NCBI RefSeq assembly: GCF_018977255.1
Contig: NW_024704743.1
Coordinates: 82,772,001 to 82,836,000, forward strand
Source of the DNA: Callorhinchus milii
Taxonomy: Eukaryota
Reading direction: 5' to 3'
Length of the DNA: 64,000 nucleotides
Shown here piece after piece: positions 13,802 to 25,193 of this stretch. Position 1 is the first letter of the stretch, and every line of letters starts with the position of its first letter. The notes beneath the pieces are model-generated. The model was not told the origin of the DNA. It made no database searches and saw only the letters and a list, made by a program, of their open reading frames with translations. The position numbers and the translations under genes are program-made.

Positions 13802-13936
13802 TATAACTTCTTAAAGAACTCCAGAAAACTGACTTCAAAGTTGACATTGAATTCAACAATTTACCAAATTCTGGACACTCTGAAATACTACATAAATAGA
13901 GTGAATCTAGACCAGGAGGAGTTTCTCACCAATGAT
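13802..13936 (+). repeat. Unclassified interspersed repeat, copy A (copy B at 60557-60697)
   Basis: aagaactccagaaaactgacttcaaagttgacattgaattcaacaattt aligns with aagaactgcagaaaactggcttcaaagttgagactgaattccacaattt; similarity continues about 130 bp. Confidence 0.75.
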
Positions 13937-14352
13937 CTTTTTCATGAATTGAAGGCTACCCAAAAAAGCTTGTTTCAAAATAGAAAAAACTACAACCTCA
14001 TTCAAACTTTTTTTTCTACTGGGGAAGCTGATGTTATATTTCACATTTCTTTATTAGTTTCCTGGAACTTTTGAGATTATTAGGTTATTTATTTTTACTT
14101 GTGCTTGCTATTCCTGTGTTGTTAGTCGAGATAATTATATAGTGCATTACATATGATAGCACCAGTTTTGGTGATCAACCTAAATTGCGGTCTAGTATGA
14201 GTTTCGTAATCAGTTGGTAATAGTGGCTCTTCAGTTGTAAATAGCAACAACTACTAGTACCTGAAAATGTATCACGTGGACCCACGGGAACCCCATTCTA
14301 AGGAGATCACCAAATGGGTCAGAAGTAGATTGTGGTGTTCCCACGGGTAGAC

Positions 14353-14564
14353 ATAATAATCCCTCCAAAACCAAACAATAATAAATTGGTCATTTTCAAT
14401 CCACGACTGTGGGACACTGCTGTGTGCAATTGGCTTCTGCGTTTTCGCCCAAAAATATACAGTCAATTCACTTTACAGCCTATTCTGTGAAGTGCTTTGA
14501 GATGTCTAGAAGACGTGAAAAGCGCTATATCAAATGCAAGGATTATTAGTATCAAATGCAAGGA
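14353..14564 (+). mobile_element. SINE 3' half (deletion-subfamily diagnostics) with duplicated tail
   Basis: ataataatccctccaaaaccaaacaataataaattggtcattttcaatcc; tctagaagacgtgaaaagcgc; tatcaaatgcaagga occurs twice. Confidence 0.88.
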
Positions 14565-17500
14565 CATGCCTCTGAGTCACTTTTACTAACCCAGATTTTT
14601 CTCATACTGTCAGCCAATAAGATTTGGTTTCTAGTGATCACATTGACTCTAAGTTTCAATTTAAGTCACTACATTTCTTACACAGTAAATACTGATTAGT
14701 CAAATTAGTCGTTTTTCCCTCGTAAAGAAATTGTGTTTGTGATTGAAAGTAGCATGTGATTTTACTCAGGTCATTGTATGTTGGGTATCGAGCAAGGGGA
14801 GCATTCCTGAAAATGCTTGGATTGAAAGGGCAAACATTTCTTTTTTTTCCCCAGTCACTCATGTTCTAAAATGTTCATTTTAATCCTGAAATTAGGGAGA
14901 TGGGTGGTGTGCGATTTTTGTTTTTAGTAACTATGTAACCTGTGCAATGCCATTAACTTAATTTATAAATAATATAGCTTGATAAAATGGAATAGCGTCT
15001 TGACATCTTGCACTTTACATGATTGTGCACTAATGTAAAAACTGAACCAAACTTAATCAGTGTCAGACCTGTCACTGTAGTGCCATGTTTTAGTCGTCAA
15101 CCTTCTGTAATGCAGCTACAGAGTGGAACAAAGAATAAGGTAAGGCTGATAAACTTGTTTATGAAATGAACCATGCTTTGATGATGTGATTTTCTTTTGT
15201 TGCTTACTGGCACATTTCTCTCTCCTGCTTTACACGTGGTCAATTTTACATGTCGTGGAATTCTTCCAAATCTACTAAAGATTGTCAAATTTTAATTTCA
15301 ATTGTATTTTATTGTGAACACATGTAACTACTACTTTTCTGCGAAGAAAGAGTAAAATGTTTGAGAGACCTGTTGATCAAAGGTGACCTTTGCACTAAAA
15401 CTGAAGCAAATTACATTACATCACAATGTGACGTGTGATTTTTAAATATCGTTTGGATTTCTGGTTGAGTTTTGTAATAGACTTCAGAAAAAGAAGCCAT
15501 GGGAACAAACTTGAATGAGCCTCAGCAGAAGTTACAAAATGGCAGCTAAAGATGAGTACGTTTGCAAGAATGTTAATTGGATTCCCTGATAGAAAGCCAA
15601 AAAAATCCCATTTATCAAACTGTTACCATTAAACAGCACCTGTTAGTAACAATTTAAATAGAATTGTAATAAATTACAATACTATTTAAAGTCCCTGAGA
15701 AATGAATAATTAACCATGTCTCAATTTAACTGCCATCATGTGTATTTTTGAAGAGAAAGGAAAGATATTTTGTTTGCTATGAAAGAATAGTATACATGAA
15801 CCATACTATGCTGCTCAGACAACCTCAGAACGTTCATTTACTGAAACTGGTGTCAAAAGTGGCAATTCACATTCATTGTTTTGTGGATTTGTTTACTGCA
15901 AAAGTTTGTACTGTGTACTAAATTGACTTCCAAATGTTGCAATGCCATTATAAACCTGATTAAAACACTATTTTAGATTCATAGCTTTATGTTATTACAA
16001 TATGGCCTTACTTTCATTAATGCTTTCAGTTTACAAAGCCTACATGTTCTGTGCTGATTCGTGCTTCTGCAGCTGAATTTCCAGTTCAAGTGACAGGAAT
16101 AATCTCTGTTTTACTGAGCCTGTTAAATAATAGGGGAAAATGCACTGGTAGTTTCTTAAAATGCTTTCCAATCTGGAAGTTCTGGTTTGCAAGGGTTAAT
16201 AATGATGGTCTAAGACAAGCTGGTTATGATTGAAAACACCAATGCTTTATTTGACCAGTTGGAGAGGGAGATAGGGCTGAGACAAAAGAATGCTGCAGAT
16301 TACAGCTGTCGGAGATTTGACCCCTACGGCATTGTGTTAGGACTTAATATTAATTAAGTGAATATGCAAATGAAGAAACAGTACTATAGTATCATCTTGA
16401 TGGCTAACATGATACAACATTTTACATTAACATCATTGACAATGTCAATTCATTATCATCTATGGCTAAATAATTTAGGGAATGCTCAATGGACCTATTA
16501 GTTCCTGAACATAAGCAGCTCATGCTGCATTTCTTCATTACCATAAAATTTTACCTTTTTTAGTATTATACTTTAAAGGGTGAAGTGATCTTTCAGCAAC
16601 ATTAACTCTGCAATTTTGTGGTCAGAAGCCACAGTCTAGGCTGGATGCTTTTCTTTGCTGCAACAGCTGATATTTCATCTGTAGAATAGAACATATTCAG
16701 TAAAATAGTGTTAAAAGTAGAATGTATATCTCCAGTCATCTTTATAACTACATACTATGTATGGTAAACCACTTCTGATTTCTACAGATTACATTGGTAT
16801 CTGTGTATGCAATTTTACATTTGAAATGCAATAGATGTTCAGTATTTGAATGTTTCTGTTAACATAATTTAATAATTCTGTCCATTACAAAGCATAGATA
16901 CCTGAGTTACTGTAGGCAGGTTAATGTATATTTTGCATCCCATGCTTGTGGCTGCCAGATTGTAGATAAAATACAGCTGTAAACAGTTACAACTGCAGTA
17001 AAATTGTTGTTAGTTGCATTACCTTGTTTTGAGGATGTGAGGGGATCTCTTTGAAGATGATTATAATGTCACTTTCTGACCTTTGCAGCTTGAATAATTG
17101 TAAATCATTGCTTCATAATGTGTCAAAGAATGTCTGAACTAGGCAATTAAATGGTGGAATATAATAGACCAAATTATTGCCTGTCATGTTTTCAACAACA
17201 CAGTTAGTATTTGAGTTACACTTAATCATTACATGCATTAACAACTTCATTGGAATCTGGCACCAGGCTGGGCATGAAATGCATTGCATTATTTAAATCT
17301 TCAATGGTTTTAGTCACTTATTTCTAGTGAATTGTTCAACATAGAGATTTTCTTGAAGCTACCCAAAAAGGCATATTTCACATTTTAATTTTGTACATGA
17401 AAGATTTTGAGAAGATGGCACGGTGTTTTTTTAGAGCTGAAGAAAAAGAAATTTAATTTTTTTGTGTACAAATAACTTGTAGACAGAGGCGTTAATTATC

Positions 17501-17922
17501 CAGTCAAACCTGTGTGATATTACAGTTCTCTTAGTCAGTATATTTAAGGCTGAATGCTTTGTATTTAATGAGATATGGGTGTCTCTGTTTGCATGAGTTT
17601 GCCCTCAAATGCCATTCCCATATCTATCTCTTTGCTTTAAAAAAGGGTAAAACTGAAAACTCTTACTGTTATTATCATTGTTTTTTGGGAAAATATATAT
17701 TTGAAAACAGAACTTATTTTTTTTGGAAAATATATATTTGTGATCAACTTTATTTCTTTACAAGGTGACAGTTAACCAAAAATAGTGAAATGTCAGAACA
17801 AATCCATTTTAAATAATCCTTCTTTTAATAATGTCACAATGTTCTTCACATAATGATTTACTTTGAGGCATACTAAGTGTTGGGTAAACAAATGTGGCAG
17901 CTAATCTTCACAAACGATATTC

Positions 17923-18125
17923 AATAACAACTACAACTTGCATATATATGGTGCCCTTTGCACTGTATATATAGCATATATATATATATATATATAGCAT
18001 CTTAGAGCGCTTAACGGTGGCGGAGCTTAATGCCAAGCCGGAGAGAGGGGGGAGGTGTCCGTGGGCATAGTCAAAGATCAATGTCTTCAGGTGTGATTTG
18101 AAGACTGGCAAAGGCAAAGAGGGGG
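17923..18125 (-). mobile_element. L2 3' end with internal (TA)n
   Basis: caacttgcat...gcatcttagagcgcttaacggtggcggagc; minus peptide FKSHLKTLIFDYA; same 3' UTR type as 10860-11008. Confidence 0.75.
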
Positions 18126-18806
18126 CAATAGCAGCAATGAGATCAATAAGCAGTTCTTTTTTTGTGTGTGTTTGGATGAAGGAGAATTTCGAGAAAGTGC
18201 CCAGGATCTTAATTGATCATTTCAACAAACAGCTAGGATCTCTGTTATGGCGAATCCAAAGTACGGCACTTCTGATAAGTCAGCGTTCCTTCACTCACTC
18301 ACTGGAGTTTCATCTTATATTATGACCTGTAAATTAATGTCCTGCTATGCACTGTTTCTCTTTTTGCTAAAAGAGTTGTACCTACGATTGTCCTTCAACA
18401 ATACATGATCTCAAACCATAGAAATCCAAATTTAATTTTACTAAAATATTGGATTGTCCGTAGAAGTTTGTAAAATGCCTATACTAATGAAATGGCTCAT
18501 CGAAGTTCCACTCCATGCATGCAGACTCTTTCTGGTGATCTTCTGGATGATGAGTTCTCTACCTCAGCAATGCCATTAGTAGGAGATGAATGCTTGAATG
18601 TTTCCTTGGAGAGAGAACCAGAGAGAGAGAGGAAATATTGTTAGGTGAATCACAGCAGGCTGCCCTCATCCACTTCCTGGTCAGCTGAAGAGTAGTATTT
18701 GTATAAATCTTGGGAGCATGTTTCCAGTCCATCCTCTTTAGTCAGGCAATCGTGTACAATTTAGTGGAACTGGAAGAAAGGTAGAGGAAAAAAAATGTTA
18801 TGTGAC

Positions 18807-19128
18807 GACTGACTCCGGCCTGCTTCACGTCCCCCGCCTTGCCCGCCCCACCATTGGCGGGTGGGCCTTCAGCCTCTCTGCCCCCACTCTCTGGAACTCC
18901 ATCCCACATTCCCTCCACCTCTCACCCTCCCTTGCCTCCTTCAAGACCCGTCTCAAGACCCTCCTCTTCGACTGCGACTTAAGTCACCCTCCTACCCCTA
19001 CTCTCCCCGCCCTCCACCCCTCCTGATCCGAACCACCAGCTCGGGTGAGGATCCCTGACTGTCCAGAGCCAGTCAGTGATGTCCTCCTGACGTGAAAGGC
19101 GTTATACAAATGTAATTTGTTGTGGTTG
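18807..19128 (+). mobile_element. L2 LINE 3' fragment
   Basis: [32 protein letters not shown]...FKTRLKT; tail gtgaaaggcgttatacaaatgtaatttgttgtgg. Confidence 0.9.
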
Positions 19129-19916
19129 ATTATGAAGAGATGGTAACATTATTTAATATGATTACTAGGCACTTGATATTTAAAATATCTAGTGTAATTT
19201 AAAAAAAACAGGAACCATATGCTAAATTCTTTATTTAAAATATGGCCATCCAAATCTTATAAAGGTTACATTAGCAAATCTATTTTTACAAGAATAATTT
19301 GAGTCTTTGTTTTTTTTAAAGAATTTATCTTTTAATTTTAATTAACAAAAGACAAGCATCTGGTAGAACAAATGTTTTAGTTAGAAGTTGACCCAAGTTT
19401 CACCCTTCTGACTTTCCTGATATAAAATATAATTAAATGATACTTTGTTCTCCAATGGTTCACCAGATAAAGCCACTGAGTACAATCAGACTGAGCGATA
19501 CACCCAATGGATCCAGGTTTAGTATCTGATAGATTTTTCCTGAGTTAACAGCCAATGTTGTTGCATTAAGATCACACAAAAAACATGGAATGAGAGAAGG
19601 CTATTCAGACAGTGGAACACTTTATCACAAATTTCACCAACTGATGCTATTTCCTAAGATAGGTCCTGCTTAAATATTCCTTGATTCGCAAAGGTAATCT
19701 TTGAGAAATCAAATGCTCCATCCATCTGTATTATTCTAATTTGGCCCTTTTCCCACCCAGACCCCTGCAGCAATCATTGTGAACAATAGGGTATATGTTC
19801 ATGTCAATCTGCACATATCTTGTATTCTCCTGCACTGTTCTCAAGCAGGCACTTATTTCTTGAGCGAGTATCTATTACCAAGGACCTGCTTAAACAATTC
19901 ATTTAAATTCTGTGGG

Positions 19917-20288
19917 TGATAATAATAATCCTTGCATTTGATATAATGTCTTATCATGTTGTTGAGATGTCTCAAAGCACTTTACAGGATATAATGTAAA
20001 GTCAATTGACTGTATATTTTGAGAGCAAAATGCAGCAGCCAATTGTGTACAACATGGTCCCACAAATAGTTGTGGATTGAGTGACCATTATTACATTTTT
20101 TTAAAAAATTGAAGGTATTATTACCCCTGGAAAGCGATCTGCCAATTGACTAACAGCCGGGTTCCTACATATTGCTAGGTAAACAGAGGTGTGTGAAGTA
20201 AGGGAAACTTGCCTAAGGTTCACCATTCCTGCGAATTGCCTCCTCTCACTTGTGAGGCGAGTACTCTAACCAATACGCTGCAGGGCCC
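19917..20288 (-). mobile_element. Full-length tRNA-derived SINE
   Basis: aataataatccttgcatttgatat ... gaggcgagtactctaaccaatacgctgcagggccc. Confidence 0.9.
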
Positions 20289-20304
20289 ATTTGCTAATTG
20301 ACAA

Positions 20305-20955
<651 letters not shown>

Positions 20956-21830
20956 ATAACTGTTGGACAATCTTTACAAAATACTTGTACTTAAGCATTT
21001 ACTTATGAATCCGAGGACAGCCCACATTCCCTGTTAACATTGATTTCCTTCTTTTACAAGAGAGCATGAAAATGAGAGGGGGCAGAACTGATTTCCAGCT
21101 CCTTCAGCATGGAGGTTGTGAGCAGAGATCTGAGAGTCAATTAAGTAGTCAGTTTGAGGGTTGCAGGTGAAGGGATGGTGAGACACAAATGTTCCCCAGG
21201 TTGTACTATGAATACCAGTGAGTTTTTTTTTAACAAACTAAAATGCTAAATTGCCTGATTTAATCCTAATTGTATTGCATACTTTCTAGCCCTTCAAAGA
21301 TTGCATTGGGAATTTTGACCATACATCTGAGAGGTTTCCCAAGCTACACTTGTTAACGGTGGTAAAATCTCAAATCTGAACAAAAAATAGTTGAATGTAA
21401 TTTCAGGTTCTTCCAACAACAATAATAAAATTAATTTGAATAAAACTATAGATTTACTTAAGATCTTCATTTTTAAAGTTTGCTATGAAATGCGAAAATT
21501 GGTGTTTCAATACACTAATAATATGAAATGAAAAACTGCAATCTGAAATAAAAGCAGTTATTACAGCAAATGACAATGTTCAAAACTCTGATGAGGTTAT
21601 TGTTTTTCAGTTTCCAAATTTCATTGCCTTTGTTATCTGAAAATAATTGTATTTCCGGTATGCTTGCCTGCCTCATTAGCTCCATCTATTAAGCAGTCAA
21701 ATTGTATTTAATTGGAGATTTGTATGATAGTTACTAATGGACCCAAAACAATCACACAGAGAAAATCTTCTTACTCGACATCCGCATTGACTATTGGTGC
21801 CTTGTCACAAGGTGAGCCTGCTCCATTTCT

Positions 21831-22022
21831 AATACTAATACACAATCCTTTCATTTGATATAGCGCCTTATCAAGTCTTCTAGACATCTCAAAGCGCTTC
21901 ACTAAATATAAAGTAAAAAGTGAATTGACTGCATATATTGTGGGCGAAACGTGGCAGCTAATTGGGCACTGCAGTGTCCCACAAACAGTTGGGGATTGAA
22001 TGACCAAATTATTATTTATTTT
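21831..22022 (-). mobile_element. SINE 3' half abutting the protamine-like cassette
   Basis: tttgatatagcgccttatc...gtgtcccacaaacagttggggattgaatgaccaaattatt; 5' half absent. Confidence 0.88.
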
Positions 22023-22070
22023 AAAATTAATAAAAAAACAAAATAAATAATAAATAAATGAAAAATAATG

Positions 22071-22216
22071 GTGGTTAGTCATTGATGTGGTTACTGATCT
22101 GGTTAGTGAAATAACTAGGGACGTGGTTTGTGATGTAATGTGTGATGTGGTTTGTGATGTAATAGTATATTACATGTAGTTAGTGATGTAAGTGAAGTGG
22201 TTAGTAATGTAGTGAT
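22071..22216 (+). repeat. Degenerate 12-bp tandem array (consensus ~TGATGTGGTTAG) upstream of the TATA box
   Basis: Units tgatgtggttac/tgatctggttag/tgaaataactag/ggacgtggtttg/tgatgtaatgtg/tgatgtggtttg/tgatgtaatag.../tgatgtaag/tgaagtggttag. Confidence 0.8.
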
Positions 22217-22300
22217 AAGCACCTTATAAGGTCAGACTCATGACTGACTGAAGCATAATTGCCCAAACATCACAATGGGAGCGGGGACCCCACACATCAG

Positions 22301-22335
22301 TATAAAAAGGCTTCGCTACAACACTACCAGTCAGA
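22301..22335 (+). promoter_or_regulatory. TATA box and Inr-like start for the protamine-like gene
   Basis: TATAAAAAGG at 22301-22310; CCAGTC with A at 22329, 28 nt after the first T of TATA; ATG 27 nt further on. Confidence 0.7.
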
Positions 22336-22355
22336 GACAGGATTGAATCTCAGTC

Positions 22356-22487
22356 ATGGCAAGAGCTCGTTTCTCCAAGAGGAGAACTGGAAAGAGCCGG
22401 AAATTTGGGAAAAAGCGAGGACGTCATCACCGTCGTCACCGCCATCACCGACGTCGACACGGGGGAAAACGAAAGCACCAACTATAA
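22356..22487 (+). CDS. Putative protamine-like / sperm nuclear basic protein, 43 aa, intronless
   Basis: gtcATGG Kozak; ORF MARARFSKRRTGKSRKFGKKRGRHHRRHRHHRRRHGGKRKHQL-TAA. 14 R, 7 K, 7 H (28/43), no acidic residues, no Cys, MAR- N-terminus. 12 CpG in 132 nt against CpG-poor flanks. TATA upstream and AATAAA downstream. Confidence 0.78.
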   Translation: MARARFSKRRTGKSRKFGKKRGRHHRRHRHHRRRHGGKRKHQL

Positions 22488-22693
22488 AATACAGCCAGAA
22501 CATTGAGAACATGGAAAACAAGACACATTTTCGACTCAACAAGTCTTTCTCTCCTCCCCTGTCTCGAGGGATCAAGAGTCTGGACTTGACAAACCCTGCA
22601 CCGCTTCTATCCTCACCGTCACACTGCTACCCCTCTCCTCCCTGGGACACTCGTCTCCACTTCTCCTCATATCTTGTTGATTTGTTGTCCGTG

Positions 22694-22746
22694 AATAAAA
22701 GCCTCATCAAATGATGCTTGAAAAAAATATGTGTTTCGAGTTTCTT
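22694..22746 (+). terminator. Polyadenylation signal and downstream GU/U-rich element of the protamine-like gene
   Basis: AATAAA at 22694-22699, about 207 nt after the stop codon; tatgtgtttcgagtttctt about 30 nt downstream. Confidence 0.65.
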
Positions 22747-23051
22747 AAGACATTTGGTTTAAGCACCATGCGAGATACCATAGAGTTGTCAATTGAATGT
22801 TAATGACTCACTAATAAAATAATGTGGCTGAATTTCTTATGCATTAATTGGGACTGTACAAGGAGGTAGTTAATGCAAATGATGTGTGGCAAATAATGGT
22901 ATAATAATCTTTATATTTGATATAGCGCCTTATCACATCATTGAGACATCTCAAAATATTGTGAATTATTCAGTTGGTAGCCATCTTCCCAGTCCAGGCT
23001 GATGTTCCATTTCAGAGGGAACACTGCATTTTCAGATTCGCCATCCTTAAT

Positions 23052-23317
23052 GATAATAATAATAATAATAATCCTTGCATTTGATATAGCGCCTGATCAC
23101 ATCGTTGAGACATCTCAAAGTGCTTCATAGAATATATTGTATATTGTTAAGTGGATTGACTATTGTTTGGGCAAAATGCAGCAGCCAATTGCACATAGCA
23201 ATGTCCCCAAAACAGTTGTGGATTGATTGACAACATTTAAAAAATAAATTATTTTGTCTTTAAAATGAAGGATTTATTACGCCCGGAAAGGGATCCACCA
23301 ATCGACTAACAACCGGG
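23052..23317 (-). mobile_element. 5'-truncated SINE (a short tail fragment also at 22901-22955)
   Basis: (aat)n ccttgcatttgatatagcgcc ... gatccaccaatcgactaacaaccggg. Confidence 0.88.
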
Positions 23318-23767
23318 CTTTTCCCTTCTTTCCAATGACCCTTGGTTGGATGTCCCAGCTTGTAGGGTTAACAGGAGCTGAGTGGGAGGATTCCCTGCCC
23401 ACACCAGATCTCTGGTCTGCTCCTCCAAGTCCTGCTAGTGAGCCAGTCTGTCTGTGTCACCAGTGATTTACAGAATGCCGGCTAAACGGAAATGTTTAAG
23501 GAGACATCTCTGGTTACACACACAGAGGATGCACATACAGAGCATTACCACAAAGATAGGCAATTTTTATTTACCATCATTGAAAGGTGAGAGGGGAATT
23601 TAGGATGGTTTATTGATGTGGATTTACCACCACAACCTCTGTTGAGTAAGCATCCAGATCCGGATCACTGCCTGCCCAGTAGCATCGCTGAAATTTAGAA
23701 CTGACTGTATGGCAAATCCTGATATGCACATTATGTTGGAGAACTAGTATACTGCATCATCAGGGTG

Positions 23768-24219
23768 CAACAAAATCTGCAATTTACACTTATATGTGCC
23801 TGTCACATAAGCCAATGTCTCAAAGTGCTTTACAAAGATGAAATGGGGGTCCGTGCTGGGAGGGAAATGAGGGAGGTAGCTAAAGTGTCAGTTGAAGAGC
23901 TTTTTAGATGGGTTTTGAAAGCACAGGGAGGAAGAGAGCATGGTAAGGTGGCTAAACTATTGCTCGATGGGGAAACAGGGATATGAAGCAGACTAAGGTT
24001 GGGAGAGTATAGGGGGTGGGCAGAGGAGTAGGATTGCAGGAGATGACAGAGTTAGGGTAAGGCAAGTCCACGGAGGCATTTGATGGTATGGATGAGGATC
24101 TACTGGAGGTAGGGAGCCAGTAGAGTCAGGCAAGGATGGTGGTGATGGGCTGGTGAAGTTTAGTACTTGAGAAAAAAAAAGGATGCAGAGTTCCAGATGA
24201 TCTGGAGCTCGTGGAGGGG
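23768..24219 (-). mobile_element. Old L2 3' fragment
   Basis: tctcaaagtgctttaca tail, then G-rich stretch with gggagccagtagagtcaggcaagg (LHWLP region) and gcagagttccagatgatctggagc (LQIIQNSA region). Confidence 0.7.
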
Positions 24220-24689
24220 TATAATTAGCTACCTCAAATCTGTAGCAGAAAAGTGAGGTGACTTGCGCTAGGTCCTGTTAACAAGCAGTTGGTTTATAAT
24301 TTGTTTTTCTGAAAAACAAGAGTTGGAGAAATTAGCAATTTCGGAGGTTCACTAGTGAACATGTCTTCTTCATGGTGTCGTACATATTTATCTCAACTGT
24401 AGAGAAAGTGTGCAGAACTCTCATTTGATTAAAAATGCATACATGGTCTGGCAAGTGCCATCATTAAAATCCGGAGATGAATTTCGCCTGCCAGGAAATT
24501 TAACGGACTTGTTGGCTTACTGTAAAAGATGTTCAGATGATGAAGGGCAAATCTTTTATTGTTCGATTATAATTTTACTTTTTCTCCACTCCTGCTATGC
24601 ATCAGTGATTCCTGCTGGGGAATTGTTTCACAGGTATTTTGCCCAAGAGTTCATATCTCATTCGCAAGTGGAGACAGTGAGTGTTGGTA

Positions 24690-24795
24690 CATTAACTGAG
24701 CACAGTTTGGGAATCAGATTTGGAACCTTCCTAATCTCTATACCTTCCTAATCTCTATACAACATGGTTAATTTTCTCACTCAGCCATCAGGGCA
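24690..24795 (-). mobile_element. Very old tRNA-SINE head remnant (AmnSINE2-like), with 17-bp tandem duplication
   Basis: Reverse complement reads ccctgatggctgagtgag...ggaaggttccaaatctgattcccaaactgtgctcagtta; faint relatives at about 19460-19550, 25570-25665 and 54040-54115. Family name from memory. Confidence 0.35.
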
Positions 24796-24878
24796 ACTTG
24801 ATTAGAATTTTGGAAAGATCAGAACTGAAGTCTTTAAGGAGATAAAAAGGATTTTTTATTCTCTGCATTTCGTTTATT

Positions 24879-25193
24879 ATAATAATAATAATCCTTGCAT
24901 TTGATATAGCGCTTTTTACGTCTTCTAGATGTCTCAAAGTGCTTCACAGAATATACTGTAAAGTGAATTGCCTGTAGATTTGTGGGCGAAATGCGGCAGC
25001 CAATTGCGTACAGCAGTGTTCCACAAACAGTCGTGGATTAAAGTGACCAATTTTATTATTGTTTTTTTTCTTGAGGGATTATTATTAGGCGTGTGGAGTA
25101 AGGAAACTTGCCCAAGGTTTCGCCCTCCCGGTAATCAAACCCAGGTCTCTTGCTTGCGAGGCAAGTGCTCTAACCACTGAGCTACAGGACTCC
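24879..25193 (-). mobile_element. SINE, internally deleted subfamily
   Basis: Junction gagggattattattaggcgtgtggag lacks about 60-65 bp present in other copies; head ends gctacaggactcc. Confidence 0.92.

Noticed and set aside
18490..18645. Minus-strand acceptor-like tract (ctaac + pyrimidine run + AAG) followed by a short open frame
   Set aside because: Weak donor, unrecognised peptide, and the pyrimidine tract is a (GA)n-like repeat.
22071..22216. CRISPR-like or telomeric interpretation of the tandem array
   Set aside because: Eukaryotic context, no unique spacers, and a 12-bp period rather than TTAGGG.
22208..22710. Solo LTR interpretation of the TATA...AATAAA cassette
   Set aside because: No matching target-site duplication around plausible TG...CA ends, and a coherent highly basic ORF sits at the expected position. 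Not fully excluded without a repeat-library search.
22259..22714. 151-aa ORF (TTG start) and antisense 73-aa ORF (22354-22575) over the protamine-like gene
   Set aside because: Shadow frames. The long ORF lacks an ATG start, begins upstream of the TATA box and runs through AATAAA. The 43-aa frame has the Kozak ATG and correct spacing to TATA and poly(A) signal.
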